A DNA stretch of 64,000 nt from Felis catus (GCF_018350175.1 NC_058368.1:234548001-234612000); one strand, 5' to 3'; numbered from the stretch's first letter, positions 51,390 to 64,000 are shown. The notes: generated by a model not told the origin, from the letters alone. Made by a program: numbers and translations.

Positions 51390-51918
51390 GGTGGGACAGG
51401 TTGTATTTTCCAAGAATGGGCTTCAGTAATATCTCCTACTTTACCTGCTCTTCCAACAGTATGATTTCTTGCCTCTTCCACTGATGGATCGCCTTCACGG
51501 TCTTTCCCTGGGAATCTAGCTATGCCACAGCTGTGGTGGAGGTGGCATAGTGGGACTTCTGAGGCTAGGTCATAAAAGGTTCTGCCCGCTTCTCCTGAGC
51601 TGTGTGCTCCCGGAACCCACTGGCATGATGTGAGGAAGCTCCAAAGCCCACAGAGAAGCACGGAGGTGAGCTGTGGTCTCTGGCTTACCGTCGGCTAAGC
51701 TCTCAGCTCACATCCACTACCAACGTGGTGGCCACGTGCGTGAGATCCCTCAGTCCCAGGTAAGCCAGCCCAGCCGATGTGACAAGGAACAGAGGCAAGC
51801 TGTGAATGCCATACACAGCCCACACCGCAGATTTGAGAGCAAGATAGAGGATGGTTGTATTTTAAGCCACTGAGTTTTAGGGAGGTTTGTTATGCAGAAA
51901 TAAATGATAAGTGATACA
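51390..51918 (+). mobile_element. MaLR LTR (MLT1G/H-like)
   Basis: gacttctgaggctaggtcataaaagg...tgtgaggaagc...ttttaagccactgagttttagggaggtttgttatgcag. Confidence 0.75.
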
Positions 51919-51989
51919 TAATAACTGATTTTCTGCTATTTTATTTAGGATTTTTGCATTTATTTTCAGAAGGAGAATTGACTGATATT

Positions 51990-52110
51990 TCTTCCTTTCT
52001 CCCTTCCTTCCTTCTTTCCTTCCTTCCTTCCTTCCTTCCTTCCTTCCTTCCTCCCTCCCTCCCTCCCTCCCTTTCCTTCCTTCCTCCCTTCCTTCTCTCC
52101 TTTATTTCTT
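51990..52110. repeat. (TTCC)n/(TCCC)n repeat
   Basis: Direct reading. Confidence 0.95.
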
Positions 52111-53037
52111 TCCACTGTCCTTGTTGTCTGCTTTTTAATATCAAAGTTATATAACCCCTTAAAAATGAGCTGGGATATATTTCTTGTTTTTCTAGCCTTG
52201 GAGAGCATTCAGGTAACTTGGAAATTATTTTTCCTTCATGTTTGATTAAAAAGAGATGAACTAGTGTAAAAAGCTGTCTGGGCTTGATACTTTTCATTTC
52301 TTTGAAAGAGATTTTTTTGTCTACTGGCCAGCTTATTGAAAGATTAGGATCTATTCTGATTTCCTATCAGGTCAAATTAGGTCAATTTTCATAAGTATCC
52401 TAGAAAACTGTGACATCCTCCAACGTTTTGAAACAGGGACATATAAGTTTCATTGTAACTGAATTATGTCCCCTCATTCATGTATAATATTGTTGATTTT
52501 CTGTCTCTCGGCCTCCCTGATGGGACTGGCTGGAAGTATGTCTATTTGATTTTTATTCATCTTTTCAGCTATAAGCTTTTTTTTTTTTTACTGCTTATCT
52601 TTTGGCTTCTAGTGAAAGTAGAAAGAAAACGAATGAAATCGTTTTCATTTTCATCATTACCTGTCTTTATCACTCCTTTCCATATAATTTCTGGGCTCGT
52701 GATTTCTCTTCCTTTTTTTTTTTGTTTTGTTTTTTTTACTTTTTGAGTTGAACCCATAGCTTATTATTTCTGGGCAATTTCCCCTCAAAGTATAGCTTTA
52801 GAACCAAAGCAGACGTTTGATAAGAAAGGCTTGTCATTCAGTTCCAAATATTTTACACTTTCCCCTTTAACTCGAATTACCATGGCATGTATCAACCACA
52901 TGGAGACGTCTTTGGTGGTGAATGAAAGAGGTGCCATTAGCAATCTCCAGGATGACAACCAACCAGTGGGTCTTGCCCATGCAAATTCAGATGTATGGGC
53001 ACCCATAGATTATTTCAGAGTGTGTTTTGGTTTTCAA

Positions 53038-53047
53038 GTGTGTGTGT

Positions 53048-53087
<40 letters not shown>
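53038..53087. repeat. (GT)n microsatellite with one interruption
   Basis: Direct reading. Confidence 0.95.
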
Positions 53088-53090
<3 letters not shown>

Positions 53091-55329
53091 GAGCAAATAA
53101 CTTCATTGATTTCTGTTATAATTACACTGAAGTCAGAAAGTCGGGTCTATGTAATAAAATTTGGAATTTGCTGAAACTTCCTTTGTGGTCTAGTGAGTGG
53201 TCCCGTTTTTATAAATATACCACATGTGCTTGGAAACAATTTGTTTTCAGGGTTCCCTGTTCTCACAGATCCCATTAATTGGCCCTCTTATTCAAATCCT
53301 CTATCTATATATCTACTTCATTTATCATGTTCTGATAGAGGCATTCTAAATCTCCTGTTATGATTATGGATTTTCAATGATACCTCATTATTTATCAATT
53401 TTTGTGCTAGATATCATAAAGCTGTTTTGTTAGTCGCTTATAGATTCATATTACATCATCTTCGTGGTTTCTTCCCTTTGTCAGGAAAACGATCTTTCTA
53501 CCTTTTATGAATTTTTGATTTTATATGCTTTCACAACTTTCATTTGGTTGCTGGCATATCTATTGTATCCCGTCTCTTCAACCTTTCTGTGCGTTTGTTT
53601 TAGGTGTGCCCTTGAAAAACCGTGTACCTAGATTAAAACAGCAATCGTAACATCAGCAACATACGGCACTTCCAATTTGAGAGTCTGTGTTAAAACTAGT
53701 TGAATCTGCTTACATTTACTCTGATCACCAACACATTTGTTCTTTGCTTTGCATATTGTCTTTTTCTTGCCTTCTATTGAATTGATTATGTGTTCCTAAT
53801 TCCCTTTCACCTGACCAGGTCGGACATTATATATTCTACTAAAGAGGGAACCTTAAATTTTTAAAATAAATACTGAACAAATTCTAATTTCCCATCAATA
53901 TCTATCACTTTCTTATGAAATGGAGGACTGTTAACTTCGTATCCTGATCTCTCCCCAATCATCTTTTTCTTCTTTGACAAATATTTAATTTCTGCCTTGT
54001 CTGACAATCCCCCTGAGGTTAGTTGTTGTTGAATGGGGAGGGAAGTATTTTACCTAATATTTCTGTGTACTCAGAGCAGAACAGAGGCTTCCCATGGAAG
54101 TTTCGTACAGCACATCGATTGGAGTCCCTGATTTCAGTAAGTTTGACAAAGCAATTACCTTCACTGGGTGCCCATTTTTGGTCACACCTGGGAGAGAACA
54201 TCTAGAAAAGGAGCTACCTCACTTTGCCTAAGACTCTAGGAACTGAAGAGGGAGGACGACGCATATGATGATATTTAGTAAAGGAGGAAATCACTGTAGT
54301 CTGAAGAGTCCAGAGCTAACCGCGGTTAGTCCTAGAAGAATGGGCAGAAAAGTTTCTTAAGAACAAGAGTGATGCGATCAAGGTGGAATTTCCTAAGATC
54401 AGTGAGCAGCAGCTTACCACAAGCTCCGTGCAGGAAGGGTTATTCTTTATAGATAGGGCAGTTTCATTAGAGCTGGCAGAAGTGGGGGAGGGCCTGCTTT
54501 CCGTAGGTGGCAGGAGTTAGGGAAGGAAGCGCTGAGTGGGAGGTGGTTGGAAGGAAGAATTTCAGGAGGTGGATGCTAGCTACACACGAGCGGAAGGAAG
54601 GGGGGCCCCCCGCGCTGACTGCAAGGGTTCCAACGGCGGGGCAGGGAAACCACCTTTGTTGGGCCTTTCATGGAAGCTTTTGGATTTCCATCTAGGTGGG
54701 GGTTTGTGAAGGCGCTGCACCGTATGGTGCATGGAGATGACTGGCCTCTGGTGGGACTGGCAGGAGTTAGTGCTGGAAGGCCTCAACTGTGACACCAGGC
54801 TTTAGTCACCCTGAGCTGTCCTGGCTGCTCGTGTACTCCTTTGGGGAAGGCAGATAGTTCGCTACTGGGAAAGTCGCAGGTCCAAAGCCCAGCATGAGCT
54901 GACTTTCAGTGCCAGGGCCAAGGCTGGGTGGCTCCAAGAGGGCCTGAGCCTGGCTGAGGGAGGCCAGCCTCCAGGGGAGCGGGTGGGGGTGGGGTGGGGG
55001 GGTGCCTGCTGGACTCTGCAAATAAAGAAATGCAGGAGTGAGTGGTATCCGAGATCTTAAAGATGGTTATGTCAGGGTGCAGGATTTCAGGTGTCTTTCC
55101 CTCTTTCTTCATTACATTTTTTCCTGTATTGTTTTAATTAATTGCAATGAGTAATTTGTATATTCAGAAAAAAAAAATCATTTTCCTCGTGGGGATAAGC
55201 TACTGTTTCCAAGCACTGCCTGTTGCGCTCGGGGTCTTAAACCAGTCTAATCTCAAGCAGGTGTCTGCACTCAATATTCCAAGTTGATGGACGAGAACGA
55301 AGGCTCAGAGGCTAGCTTGCGCAGGGCTA

Positions 55330-56300
55330 GGGGAGGCAGAACGAGGTGTCGCAGGTCCCCAGGGCTAGCTCCTGGCGGGCCTCAGAGCAACAGGGCAGTC
55401 TGAGGACTGACAACACCTGGGGACCCGGTTTAGCTGGAAGGATCCCGCTCACCTGGGCGGCTCGGGGCTGCTGGGGCGGGGCTGAGCTAGCTTCCGTCCC
55501 TCCCTGCTCTCGAGCTCCGCCCCTGCACGCCGATCCCGGCCCAGACCACGCCCCCAACGCTCGTCCCGCCCACAGCCTAGGTAGGTCCCGCCCCCCCCGG
55601 CCGCGAGAGTAGCCCCTCAGACCCCGCCTCCTGCCGCTGGAGGAAACGGAAGTGGCGGCGGGCTCGGGCGGAAGCAGGAAGCGGCGGAGCAGGACCACGC
55701 GCGGGGCGGTGTTTGTTGTGGGGCCATGGCGGAGAAGTTCGACCACCTCGAGGAGCACCTGGAGAAGTTCGTGGAGAACATCCGGCAGCTCGGCATCATC
55801 GTCAGCGACTTCCAGCCCAGCAGCCAGGCCGGGCTCAACCAGAAGCTGTGAGTGGCTGCCCGAGTCCGCGGGCGTCTGCCGGGGCTGGCGGGGCGGCGTC
55901 TGCCGGGAGTGGCGCCGGGGAGCCGGGGAGCCGGGGAGCCGGGCCGCGGGGGAGCCGGGGCCTGGCCGGGAGCCGCCCCTCTCCGCCGTCGTCTGGGCCT
56001 GGTCTCGCTCCAGGCTGTGCGCCCGGGGCGGGCTCGCCGCCGCCTCTTGCCGGCCCTCCTCCCTCCCGCTCTGCTTTGCTGCAACCTTTTCTTGGGGGCC
56101 CATTTGGAGACGTCACCATGGGCCGACTGTGCAGTTTCTGGGCCTGATAATCAAAGCCTGTCCTCGAGCGCGTGTGACTCCTTCCTTTTCTCCTGGGCCC
56201 TCCTGGGGAGTTCTGTCCCCGTCCCCAGAGGGGAGGCGGACTTCACGGGGGAGTGCACCGGATTGAGCCCCGGAAGGAGAGGGGTCTGAAACCACTTGCT
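55330..56300. promoter_or_regulatory. MED10 CpG-island promoter with GC boxes and ETS (GABP/ELK-type) motifs
   Basis: CpG-rich. GGGGCGGGG near 55473, CTCCGCCC near 55515, CGGAAGTG at 55647-55654 and further GGAAG cores just 5' of the ATG, a typical housekeeping promoter. Confidence 0.85.
55726..55847 (+). CDS. MED10: Mediator subunit 10, coding exon 1 (122 nt)
   Basis: gccATGG start, MAEKFDHLEEHLEKFVENIRQLGIIVSDFQPSSQAGLNQKL, donor CT|gtgagt at 55848. Confidence 0.97.
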
Positions 56301-56787
56301 GCGGAGGCCTGGATGTGGAGGAGTTGGATGGGGGAGGTGGTGAGGAAGGTTGCAGACCGTTTATTAACTTTTTTGGCAACAGCTCCGTGCTGGCCATGGT
56401 ATTAGGCCCGGGGATGAACAAGAGGCAAATACGCGAACAGAATGTCCTGATGAAGGGCTCGGCTTTATAGGGGGTACAGACATCCAACATAATTGCAACC
56501 CAGCGTTACAAACCCAGTGCGGGGGGACTAGCCTGGTGATCTCTGAAGCCTCCAAAAGGAGGCTGAGATTGAACCAGCCAGGGATAGTTTTCTTACCCCC
56601 AGACTCGGAGGATGGGTTCTTAAGTGGGAGTCCGCTGCCCCGTGTGTTCTCTGAAATTGCACACAAAACTAGGTGGAAGTCAGGGTAATTGTTTTTGAGG
56701 GAAGATTGATAGTTTTCATCAGATTCTCAAAAGGGTTGGTTTCTGTCCCCCCGTATTGGCTGTTTTTACTTTAGAAAAGAAAGTCAA

Positions 56788-56985
56788 GGGTTGCCTGGGT
56801 GACTCAGTGGTTAAGCGTCTGCCTTCAGCTCAGGTCATGATCTCGCTGTTCATGAGTTCGAGCCTCACATCTGGCTCTGTGCTGTCTGCACAGAGCCTGC
56901 TTCAGATCCTCTGTCCCCTCCCTTTCTGCCCCTCCCCTGCGTGCGCTCACTCTCTCTCTCTCAAAAATAAATACATGAAAAAAGG
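56788..56985 (+). mobile_element. Can-SINE in MED10 intron 1 (sense)
   Basis: gggttgcctgggtgactcagtggttaagcgtc head. TSD aagaaagtca at 56777-56786 and 56986-56995. Confidence 0.9.
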
Positions 56986-57174
56986 AAGAAAGTCAGATAC
57001 CTGAGGGTATTCTCCAACTCCAGAGCTTTCCTGGGAATTCTGTAGCTAAACAGAGCCATGCGCCTTGTTGGGGTAAGGAACTCTGTCTCCTGTGGAGTTC
57101 TAGTTGGCCGCCTGGGTGGTGTTCCTGCTGTCATGTGAATTAACCACATGGCCCATTTTTGTTTTTTCCCCCAG

Positions 57175-57258
57175 GAATTTTATCGTTACTGGCTTACAGG
57201 ATATTGATAAGTGCAGGCAGCAGCTTCATGACATTACTGTGCCTTTAGAAGTTTTTGA
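57175..57258 (+). CDS. MED10: MED10 coding exon 2 (84 nt)
   Basis: Acceptor ttttttcccccag|G, NFIVTGLQDIDKCRQQLHDITVPLEVFE, donor GA|gtaagt. Confidence 0.97.
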
Positions 57259-59917
57259 GTAAGTATCATTCTTGATTTTCATTTGAGTAGAATTCTTGTT
57301 TAATGATGCTATAATGACTCCTTCAGCTACTGGCTTTTAGCACATTATAGGTGCTGGGGATAAGCCAGTGAAGATAGGCGAAAATTACTTGCTTTCAGGG
57401 AGCCTGTGTTTTAATGGGACTAAAAACTCAAAAAAAACCCCAAAACTACATATTGTTGAAAAAGAGTTAACATGTGAGTAAAGGTTTATTAAATATGCGA
57501 AAAACACCATAGGCTCTCAAAAGTCCATATCGCTTTTTTTCTTGAGGGATAAAAAGTTCTACTTGGGCTGTTATAAAACAAACAAACAAAAAAAAACTAT
57601 AGGCAGAAACAGCATGAGAAGTAATTTGGTGTGATGTCTTTCAGGCTGCACTGGGAGTGCTAATTTTAGGAGATGGCAAATATCTGCTCTGGGGGGGGAA
57701 ATAAAGGTTCTTAGACCAAGTGAAATTGGGAAGGCTGTTCACTGTTTGCTGCTGGAGAGCTGTGTGTGCCTGTCCTAGGCGTGGCCCAGAGAACGCCTCC
57801 AGGAAATAAAGTTACAGATTTGTTTAGTTCAGGTTTTATCACACTGATTTTACAGGTGAGAGAACTGGTAAGTAACTGCGTCGGGCTGTGTGGCTCCTAA
57901 GTGTCAGAGTTAAGAGAAAAATTCTGGACTCGTCCTTCCTTGCCCAGAGCCGATGTCTCTTGCCAGGCAGCGTCTCTCTCCGGAGGCGGAGCCAGCATTG
58001 ATGGCAAGAGCGTGTCAGTCCTTTTGGCCTTAAAACTGCAAACGTTGAGTCACTAGATTTCCTTGGACAGTTAAGGGAAACGTTACCATTTTAACGTCGC
58101 GGAAAGGTCAGAGATGCAGGGCCTCGTGACAGCACAGCTCAGGAGCTGCCCACATAGACGGGACACACAGGCTGCACTCTTACTGCTCTTGGCCCTGTCC
58201 TTTCTCCCTGGCCATGGTGTTGCGTGTTCTTAGCGTGTTCTGTCAGCCCATCGAGTTCTCCGCGTGCGTGTGTTACGGCTTTAGGCTCCCGGACGGTGGC
58301 TGGCTGCCTGCCTGCCTGTGAATTGCAGGAACGTGGAGGCTAATTTGCTTTTCCTGAAGTGTCCTCATTAGTGCTGTTCTCGCCGTGAATGTGTGGGATG
58401 GATGTCAGGCCAGATGCCGGGTGACTGCCCCAGCCTTCTGAAGGGCCAGTGAGAGAAAGGGATGGGGACTGATTGTGTATGGGCAGCAGGCGGTGCGGCC
58501 TGGGCCGCCACGGCCACAGCCGGTGGGCAGAAGGGACGGTTGAGGTTCATCTGGGGCGTTGGGACCGCGATGGCCTCTGAGCTCTAACAAGTAGCAGATG
58601 AGAACTGTCGGTCGACGTGCACGATGTGGGAGGAGTTTCCGGGGTCTCAGGGGCCTTTTTTAGCTCACGCTTCCGGACAGGCACACTGACTGTGGCAGAG
58701 AGAAAACTGTAACCCGTGCTCCTCTCTCCGGGACTGGGGGTTGATGTGTCCGCGGGAGCGCACTTGGCCCTCGGGCCTGGACGGAGGGCCCCATCCGAAC
58801 GCTGTTGCTGTTGAGACAGTACTTGTCTCGGACACTTGAGCCTGTCAGGTGTTTTGCTTCAGAATTGGATGTGTTTTGTTCAGAACTAACCCTAACTTGG
58901 CTTCTTTCATTCCATCATTTCAAAAACATTCCAATAAAATGGAATTTCTCAAACATGTGATGTATTGATTTTTTTATCTGTCATAATTAAAGGCCAGTTT
59001 TTATGCCATTAACAGTAACTGAACAGTGTTTTTTTGTTTTTTTGTTTTTTATCTCTGAAGTGACAGTTTTTTTTTGTTGGAGCATGAATTGGATTTCGTA
59101 GCCGTGATTTCTTTTCCTCTGTAATGAGTAATTAGTGTAGCTGAAGGGTATGAAGGTCTGTGAGGTGCGGAAGCGGGCACGTGGCCCACGGCTGGTAAAC
59201 GTGGATATTCATCCAGCCAGTGCGCTTGGTGAAGTCTGCAGGGGAATGAAGACATCTTGGGGACAAGTGTCAGAAATCTCAAAAACAGCTCTACAATTTA
59301 GAAACAATTGGAGAGAATCCCTCTGTTCAATTCATGTTACTTGGGTGTATTTAGGGAAGCGGTGTGTCAGGGCCCCCGCCCCCCAAAAGTGGTACAACAG
59401 TTTGTGTGTAATCTTGGGGCCGGCAGGGCTGGGGCTGCCCCGTGCACAGCTCCCCGGCTGCTCCGGCAGCCCCCAGGCTCCTCTGCAAAGGGGACTGATG
59501 GAGTGCGCCCCCCCCCCCCCACCGGAGTGGAGGCCACATCTTGGCGAGAACCCCTCCCCTCCCCAGCCTGAAACCCTGGCTCACGTCGGTCCTCTCTTTG
59601 TCGAGAGCTGCCTGACCTTACAGGTTATTGTGAGGGTCAAGGGAACTGAAGCAGAGCAAACGCTGAGGATGTGAAGCTCGCTTGGGTTGTAAGTGGTCAT
59701 TGCTTGATTGCGTGAGTCAGTCGCGCTATTAGAAGTCATAGATCACATCATCTGTACTTGCGTAAATGGAAGCATCCTGATTCACTTGGTTCCCGGGCAC
59801 TGTTTCGTCCAAACAAGGCCGTGTGACGTTGTATGCGCTCGCTCCTTTCTGTCCCTGAGAAAACTGAGAATAGGTGTCAGCCAGGAGAACGTTAATGGAG
59901 GTGTTTGCTGTCTCCAG

Positions 59918-60020
59918 ATACATAGATCAAGGCCGAAACCCCCAACTCTACACCAAAGAGTGCCTGGAGAGGGCCCTGGCCAGGAATGAACAGGTGAAAG
60001 GCAAGATCGACACCATGAAG
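59918..60020 (+). CDS. MED10: MED10 coding exon 3 (103 nt)
   Basis: Acceptor tctccag|A, YIDQGRNPQLYTKECLERALARNEQVKGKIDTMK, donor AAG|gtaagg. Confidence 0.97.
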
Positions 60021-62166
60021 GTAAGGCGCTTGTGAGCACAAACTAAGGTCCGAATGTGAAGAGATCCTTACAAAGCAGATTTGGCCGATAGACTTGTTCC
60101 TTTCCACACGTGGTAAAACGTGCACTATTTCACACGGTGGCACAGCTGAGACCTCTGTGTGTAACGGGCGGTAAGTAACACAGAGCAGTGGAGGGCCTGG
60201 TCGGGGGGACGGGACGCAGCAGGTGGCGGCCTGCCTTTTAGGAGAGCCCAGGCGAATTCTCGTGACGGTTCCTTGTCGCCGGCCAGCCGTTGGCGTAAGA
60301 CCAACTGCAGGTTTGTACTTTGCTGCTTTTTGATGCCGTCTGTTCTGCCGTTTCCTGGAATGATGGTCCCGGGGCTTAGAAGGTTCCGAAATCTTTATCC
60401 CCTGCTCCTTGTTCAGTGCTTGTCTCCAGCGCCTGGCTCCAGGCCCGTTCGTGCTGTGGCCCCTGTCCTCAGCGCTCCACAGAGCACTTCTCTGTATGTT
60501 CTTTGCTTTGATGAGAACTAGAAAATTCCATGCATCTTGGACGTGAAATATGCGGGGCTATTTTTTTTTTTTTAATTTCCATTGACTGAGTGGTGGTTCA
60601 GATTGGGGTGCGTGGTTCTTCCTTTCCCGCGCTGCGCCGTCCCCCCGTCGCCCGTGCGTGCTGGCTTCGTGCCGCGAGCTCCCGCCTCCACCCACTCCTC
60701 ACCCCTGCCTGGCTGCCCGGCCTCGTGTCCCCCTCCCTCCTGTTCCCTCTCGCGCGGCCTTCTCTGGAGCCCTGGCCTGTCCTCTGCACCCACCGTCCTC
60801 GGGGCTCAGCCTGCGTCTCCTCCTCAGGCCTTGGGGACCAACCTTTCCATGGGGGCGCCTGAGGAGGATGCCCCTCTTCCCTTCCCCTCCCATCTCGTCA
60901 TGGCAGCCTGGGCTCCAGCACCTTGGGGACAAGAGTTGTGTCCCTGCTGGGGCCCAGCGCCCACTGAGTGCCAGGCCGATAACTCGTGTGTGCGGGGATG
61001 GCCACGCGGTGACCTCGGGGCTCGGGGCCCAGGGCTCTGTGGCTGAGCGCGGGGAAGGAGCAGAGAGGCCCTGCTTGGGTGACCGTGACGACTTTGTCAC
61101 CTGCTGCCCTGGGTCACCGGGCTTCCTAACGTCCCCCCCGGTGACCCGTCCTGGTGCCGGGTAGCCTGCCCTGCGCGTGGCACTGCTGTGATGGTCTGTG
61201 TGGTGCCCGCAGCTTCCTTCCTGTTTTGTCAGTTTGGGGTGCGTTGCCCTTGAGCTCAGCGTCGCCCGCAGGACATCAGGCCGTGGTGGCCGGTGCCCTT
61301 GTGAGCAAGTGGACGGGTTGTGGGCCGTGTGCGCTCGGCTCCCGCTTTGGCCTTGCCCTGGTCGACTCCAGCGCCGCGGACGGTGCGGGGATCCCTGCGG
61401 GCGGTGACGCATGGGGACTGTGACCTTCAGCGCGCATCCATCTCCATCATCGGAGATCTGTGCGGGTCTCGTGGCGCAGTTCCGTGGCCTTCTTCTGCCC
61501 CGCGGACCGTGTGTTTAACCTTGCCCGAGTTCCAGCTTAGACGGTGGTTGTGTTGAGGTGCAGTGTCCCTTGAGAACATGTGTGAGGTCTGCTCGTGTCT
61601 GTAGAGCTGCCTTTCAGTGTGACTCTCAAGGAAAGGCTTTCAGATGCTGGCAGGTACTTCGCTGCTTTTCAGACTGGATTAGACAAGTGTGAGGCGGATA
61701 AGTAGGATCAAGAAGCCGCAGCATTTGCAGTAGAGAGGTTTCCAGGTGCTCCGAAAGCTTGGATCAAGCTGTTTGCACACAGCGAGTTTGACGTGGTTTG
61801 AGTTAATAATTGCTTAGTTAAATATTGTGTGAGGATTCCCGTTACGTGTGTTGTCTGCAAAAGTCGTTTCCACGGGTGTGGCTGGCATCTCACAGGAGGG
61901 GCTTTTCTAGTTGAAGTATTTATGTTGTGCTCATGGATTCCTCTCTCAGATAGTTTGTTAACGTACCTCTAACACAGTTCTAAGCTCATAGGCATTGCTC
62001 ATAGCCGGGTCATGAGCAGGCAGTGTGGATGGCCGCTTATGCAAAGGGAAGGCACAGTTTCTGTTCTTTTGAGTTTGAGGCTTGGGGGGTGGGGAGTAAG
62101 TAGTCTGCAACTTGGGTGACGGGTCACCAACAAAGATACTTTGATGCTGTATGTTTTTCTTCTTAG

Positions 62167-62265
62167 AAATTTAAAAGCCTGTTGATTCAAGAACTTTCTA
62201 AAGTATTCCCTGAAGACATGGCTAAATATCGAAGCATCCGAGGGGAGGACCACCCCCCTTCCTAA
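62167..62265 (+). CDS. MED10: MED10 coding exon 4 (99 nt incl. TAA)
   Basis: Acceptor tttttcttcttag|AAA, KFKSLLIQELSKVFPEDMAKYRSIRGEDHPPS*. The four exons sum to 408 nt = 135 aa + stop with consistent phases. Confidence 0.97.
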   Translation, partial: KFKSLLIQELSKVFPEDMAKYRSIRGEDHPPS

Positions 62266-62791
62266 CTTCACCGTCCTGCTTTCTGAAGACCCTCCTGGTC
62301 TTGTGTGAGTCGCTGTGACCTTCAGGCAGGCTGGGACTGACCGCGGCACCAGTGTGGCTTTCTCGGGTCCGTCCTCCAGCCACCCTGTCCTCGTCCTTGG
62401 CCCTGGGGGACGGTGGGGCCCGGAGGGCTGGCAGAGCTGTGCCCCCGGCTGCCCCTCTGTCCCCGATGTGCGTCTGTTCGGTCCCTGAGCTTTCAAATGG
62501 CTGGGGATCGCACGTCTTTGAGTGCGATGCATTTAATTGTCCACAGCAGAGTAGTCTCGGGAATATTCGCTATAATGGTTAAATTAAGTTTTTAAAAATC
62601 CACCTAATGGTTTTCTTTTTATGTGCTGTTTCTTTTCCATTTTACCATGGTTTCACACCTTAAAACAAAGAAAAATTGCTTTTATTTGAGCAATACTTTG
62701 AGTTGGTTTTGTGTTTTATATTTTCAGTTATGGTGCATAAAGAATGTGTTCAGTGTAACCGTACATGGATTTCGATTAGACGTAAGCACAT

Positions 62792-62797
62792 AATAAA
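62792..62797 (+). terminator. MED10 polyadenylation signal AATAAA
   Basis: First AATAAA about 530 nt after the stop, in U-rich 3' UTR sequence, followed by GT/T-rich downstream sequence. Confidence 0.75.
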
Positions 62798-62943
62798 GCC
62801 TTTAAGTATTTACATGATGTATTCCGTGCAGTTATTTTTATAACATTTTATAGTGTAGTACAGTATATCTTGTAAACCGTCAACTGTTGCTTCCCCCAAA
62901 GTGTGAGTAATATTCATACAATTTGTTCTCCAGGCAGAATTCT

Positions 62944-63163
62944 GGAGCCGCCTGGGGGCTCAGTCCGTGAAGTGTCTGACTCTTGGTTTTGGCTCCGGTC
63001 ACGATCTCAGTGTTTGTGAGATTGAGCCCTGTGTCGGGCTCTGCACTGACCGTGCAGGGCCTGCTTGGGATTCTATCTCTCCCTTTCCCTCTGTGCCCCT
63101 CCCCTGTTCGCCTGCATGCTCTCTCGCTCTCTTTCTCTCTCAAAATAAATAAACATTAAAAAA
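62944..63163 (+). mobile_element. Can-SINE just downstream of MED10
   Basis: ggagccgcctgggggctcagtc head, CT tract, aaaataaataaacattaaaaaa tail. Confidence 0.9.
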
Positions 63164-63419
63164 TACAGAGCAGCATTGTGATTTCCTGCAGCCGGTTTCC
63201 TAGAGGGTGTACCATCCTGAGAGAGGCGGCTTCACGGACACCAGTGAAATGGCCCAGGGCTGTGCCTTTCAGCCGCAGGATGTGCAGGTCCCGGGAGCCT
63301 GGTTCCTCGTAAACTCGGGCGATTCTCCTGGGGCAGGACAGCGGCCGTGAGGAGGGATCCTTGGAGTGGGATGAGCACTGAACACAGGGACCTGCTCCGG
63401 AACGTCTGCCTGTGCCCTG

Positions 63420-63523
63420 GGAGTTTTGTGTGGCTGCTGAAACAGAGCGCCACAAACCGGGTGGCTTAAAACAATGGAGGCTGAGCTTCTGGTTCCAGAG
63501 ACCGGAAATCAAGGTGTTGGCAG

Positions 63524-63557
<34 letters not shown>

Positions 63558-63827
63558 CGGGGCGGGTCCTACCCGCCTCCCGCGGGGTTCTGGTGGCTCC
63601 GGGTGCTCCTGAGGCAGCGCTGCCCCGATCTGCGCCTGTGTTCACGTGGCTCTGTCTTCTCCACGTGTCTCCCCCGTCTCTCCCAGTGATGTTTGTTGCT
63701 GGGCTTAGGTCCCACCTGGACAATCCAGGTCCAGAATCTTAATCGCACCTGCGAAGACTTTCAAAATAAGGTGACATTCACAGGGTCCAAGGGGACACAC
63801 CTTCCTGGGGGCCACCACTCACCCACA
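63420..63827 (-). mobile_element. MaLR LTR (MLT1C/D-like) containing a G33 run
   Basis: ccacaaaccgggtggcttaaaacaa...aaatcaaggtgttggcag...aaataaggtgacattcacag. Confidence 0.75.
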
Positions 63828-64000
63828 CGGTGCCCTGTTTGGCAGGTCCGGCCGTCAAGTGCCCTGGCTTTGCTGCTGGGGGGCTGCCGTGTCTGCACCC
63901 CCAGATCCGCTCAAAGCGGGCTGCTGCCTGCGTGACTGCCTGATGAGCCCGTCACCTGGGGCCACGGGCCACAAATTGAGTTTGAAGCTGCGGGCTGGTG

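Larger units (their letters stand above)
51925..53960 (-). mobile_element. Old L1M fragments (interrupted by (TTCC)n and (TG)n)
   Basis: T-rich antisense L1 motifs ttatttaggatttttgcatttat, ggaatttgctgaaacttcctttgtggtctag, taaatctcctgttatgattatggattt. Confidence 0.6.

Noticed and set aside
55327..56289. Long ORFs (258, 204, 155, 145 aa) over the MED10 promoter and intron 1
   Set aside because: GC-rich shadow frames. The real exon is 55726-55847.
57846..57873. tttacAG|GTgag recursive-splice-like site or 12-nt micro-exon in MED10 intron 2
   Set aside because: It resembles the MIR core (ttttacaggtgagaaaactg), and the intron is only about 2.7 kb, so recursive splicing is unlikely.

Overview
Mammalian genomic DNA, almost certainly a felid such as the domestic cat, judged from about 15 feline-type Can-SINEs and carnivore L1 3' ends. 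It matches the human 5p15.31 UBE2QL1-MED10 neighbourhood. The window holds two head-to-head genes about 47 kb apart. (1) UBE2QL1 is on the minus strand: a CpG island and coding exon 1 (7556-8365) are present, and intron 1 runs off the left edge. (2) MED10 is complete on the plus strand: 4 coding exons, 135 aa, AATAAA at 62792. The interval between them is mostly SINE, L1, MaLR/ERVL LTR and MER repeats plus microsatellites, with one U6 snRNA retrocopy. The strongest observation is that the UBE2QL1 frame is open 152 codons upstream of the 'MKELQ' start I recall from the human reference. It begins at a strong-Kozak ATG, restores the start of E2 helix alpha-1, and carries pure (CAG)11 and (GCG)10 coding repeats, with two uORFs upstream. 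The U6 copy appears internally deleted, and its substitutions are mostly AT->GC. I found no prokaryote-type system (CRISPR, operon) and no new multi-gene system. Repeat family names come from recalled consensus motifs, and old-repeat boundaries are approximate.
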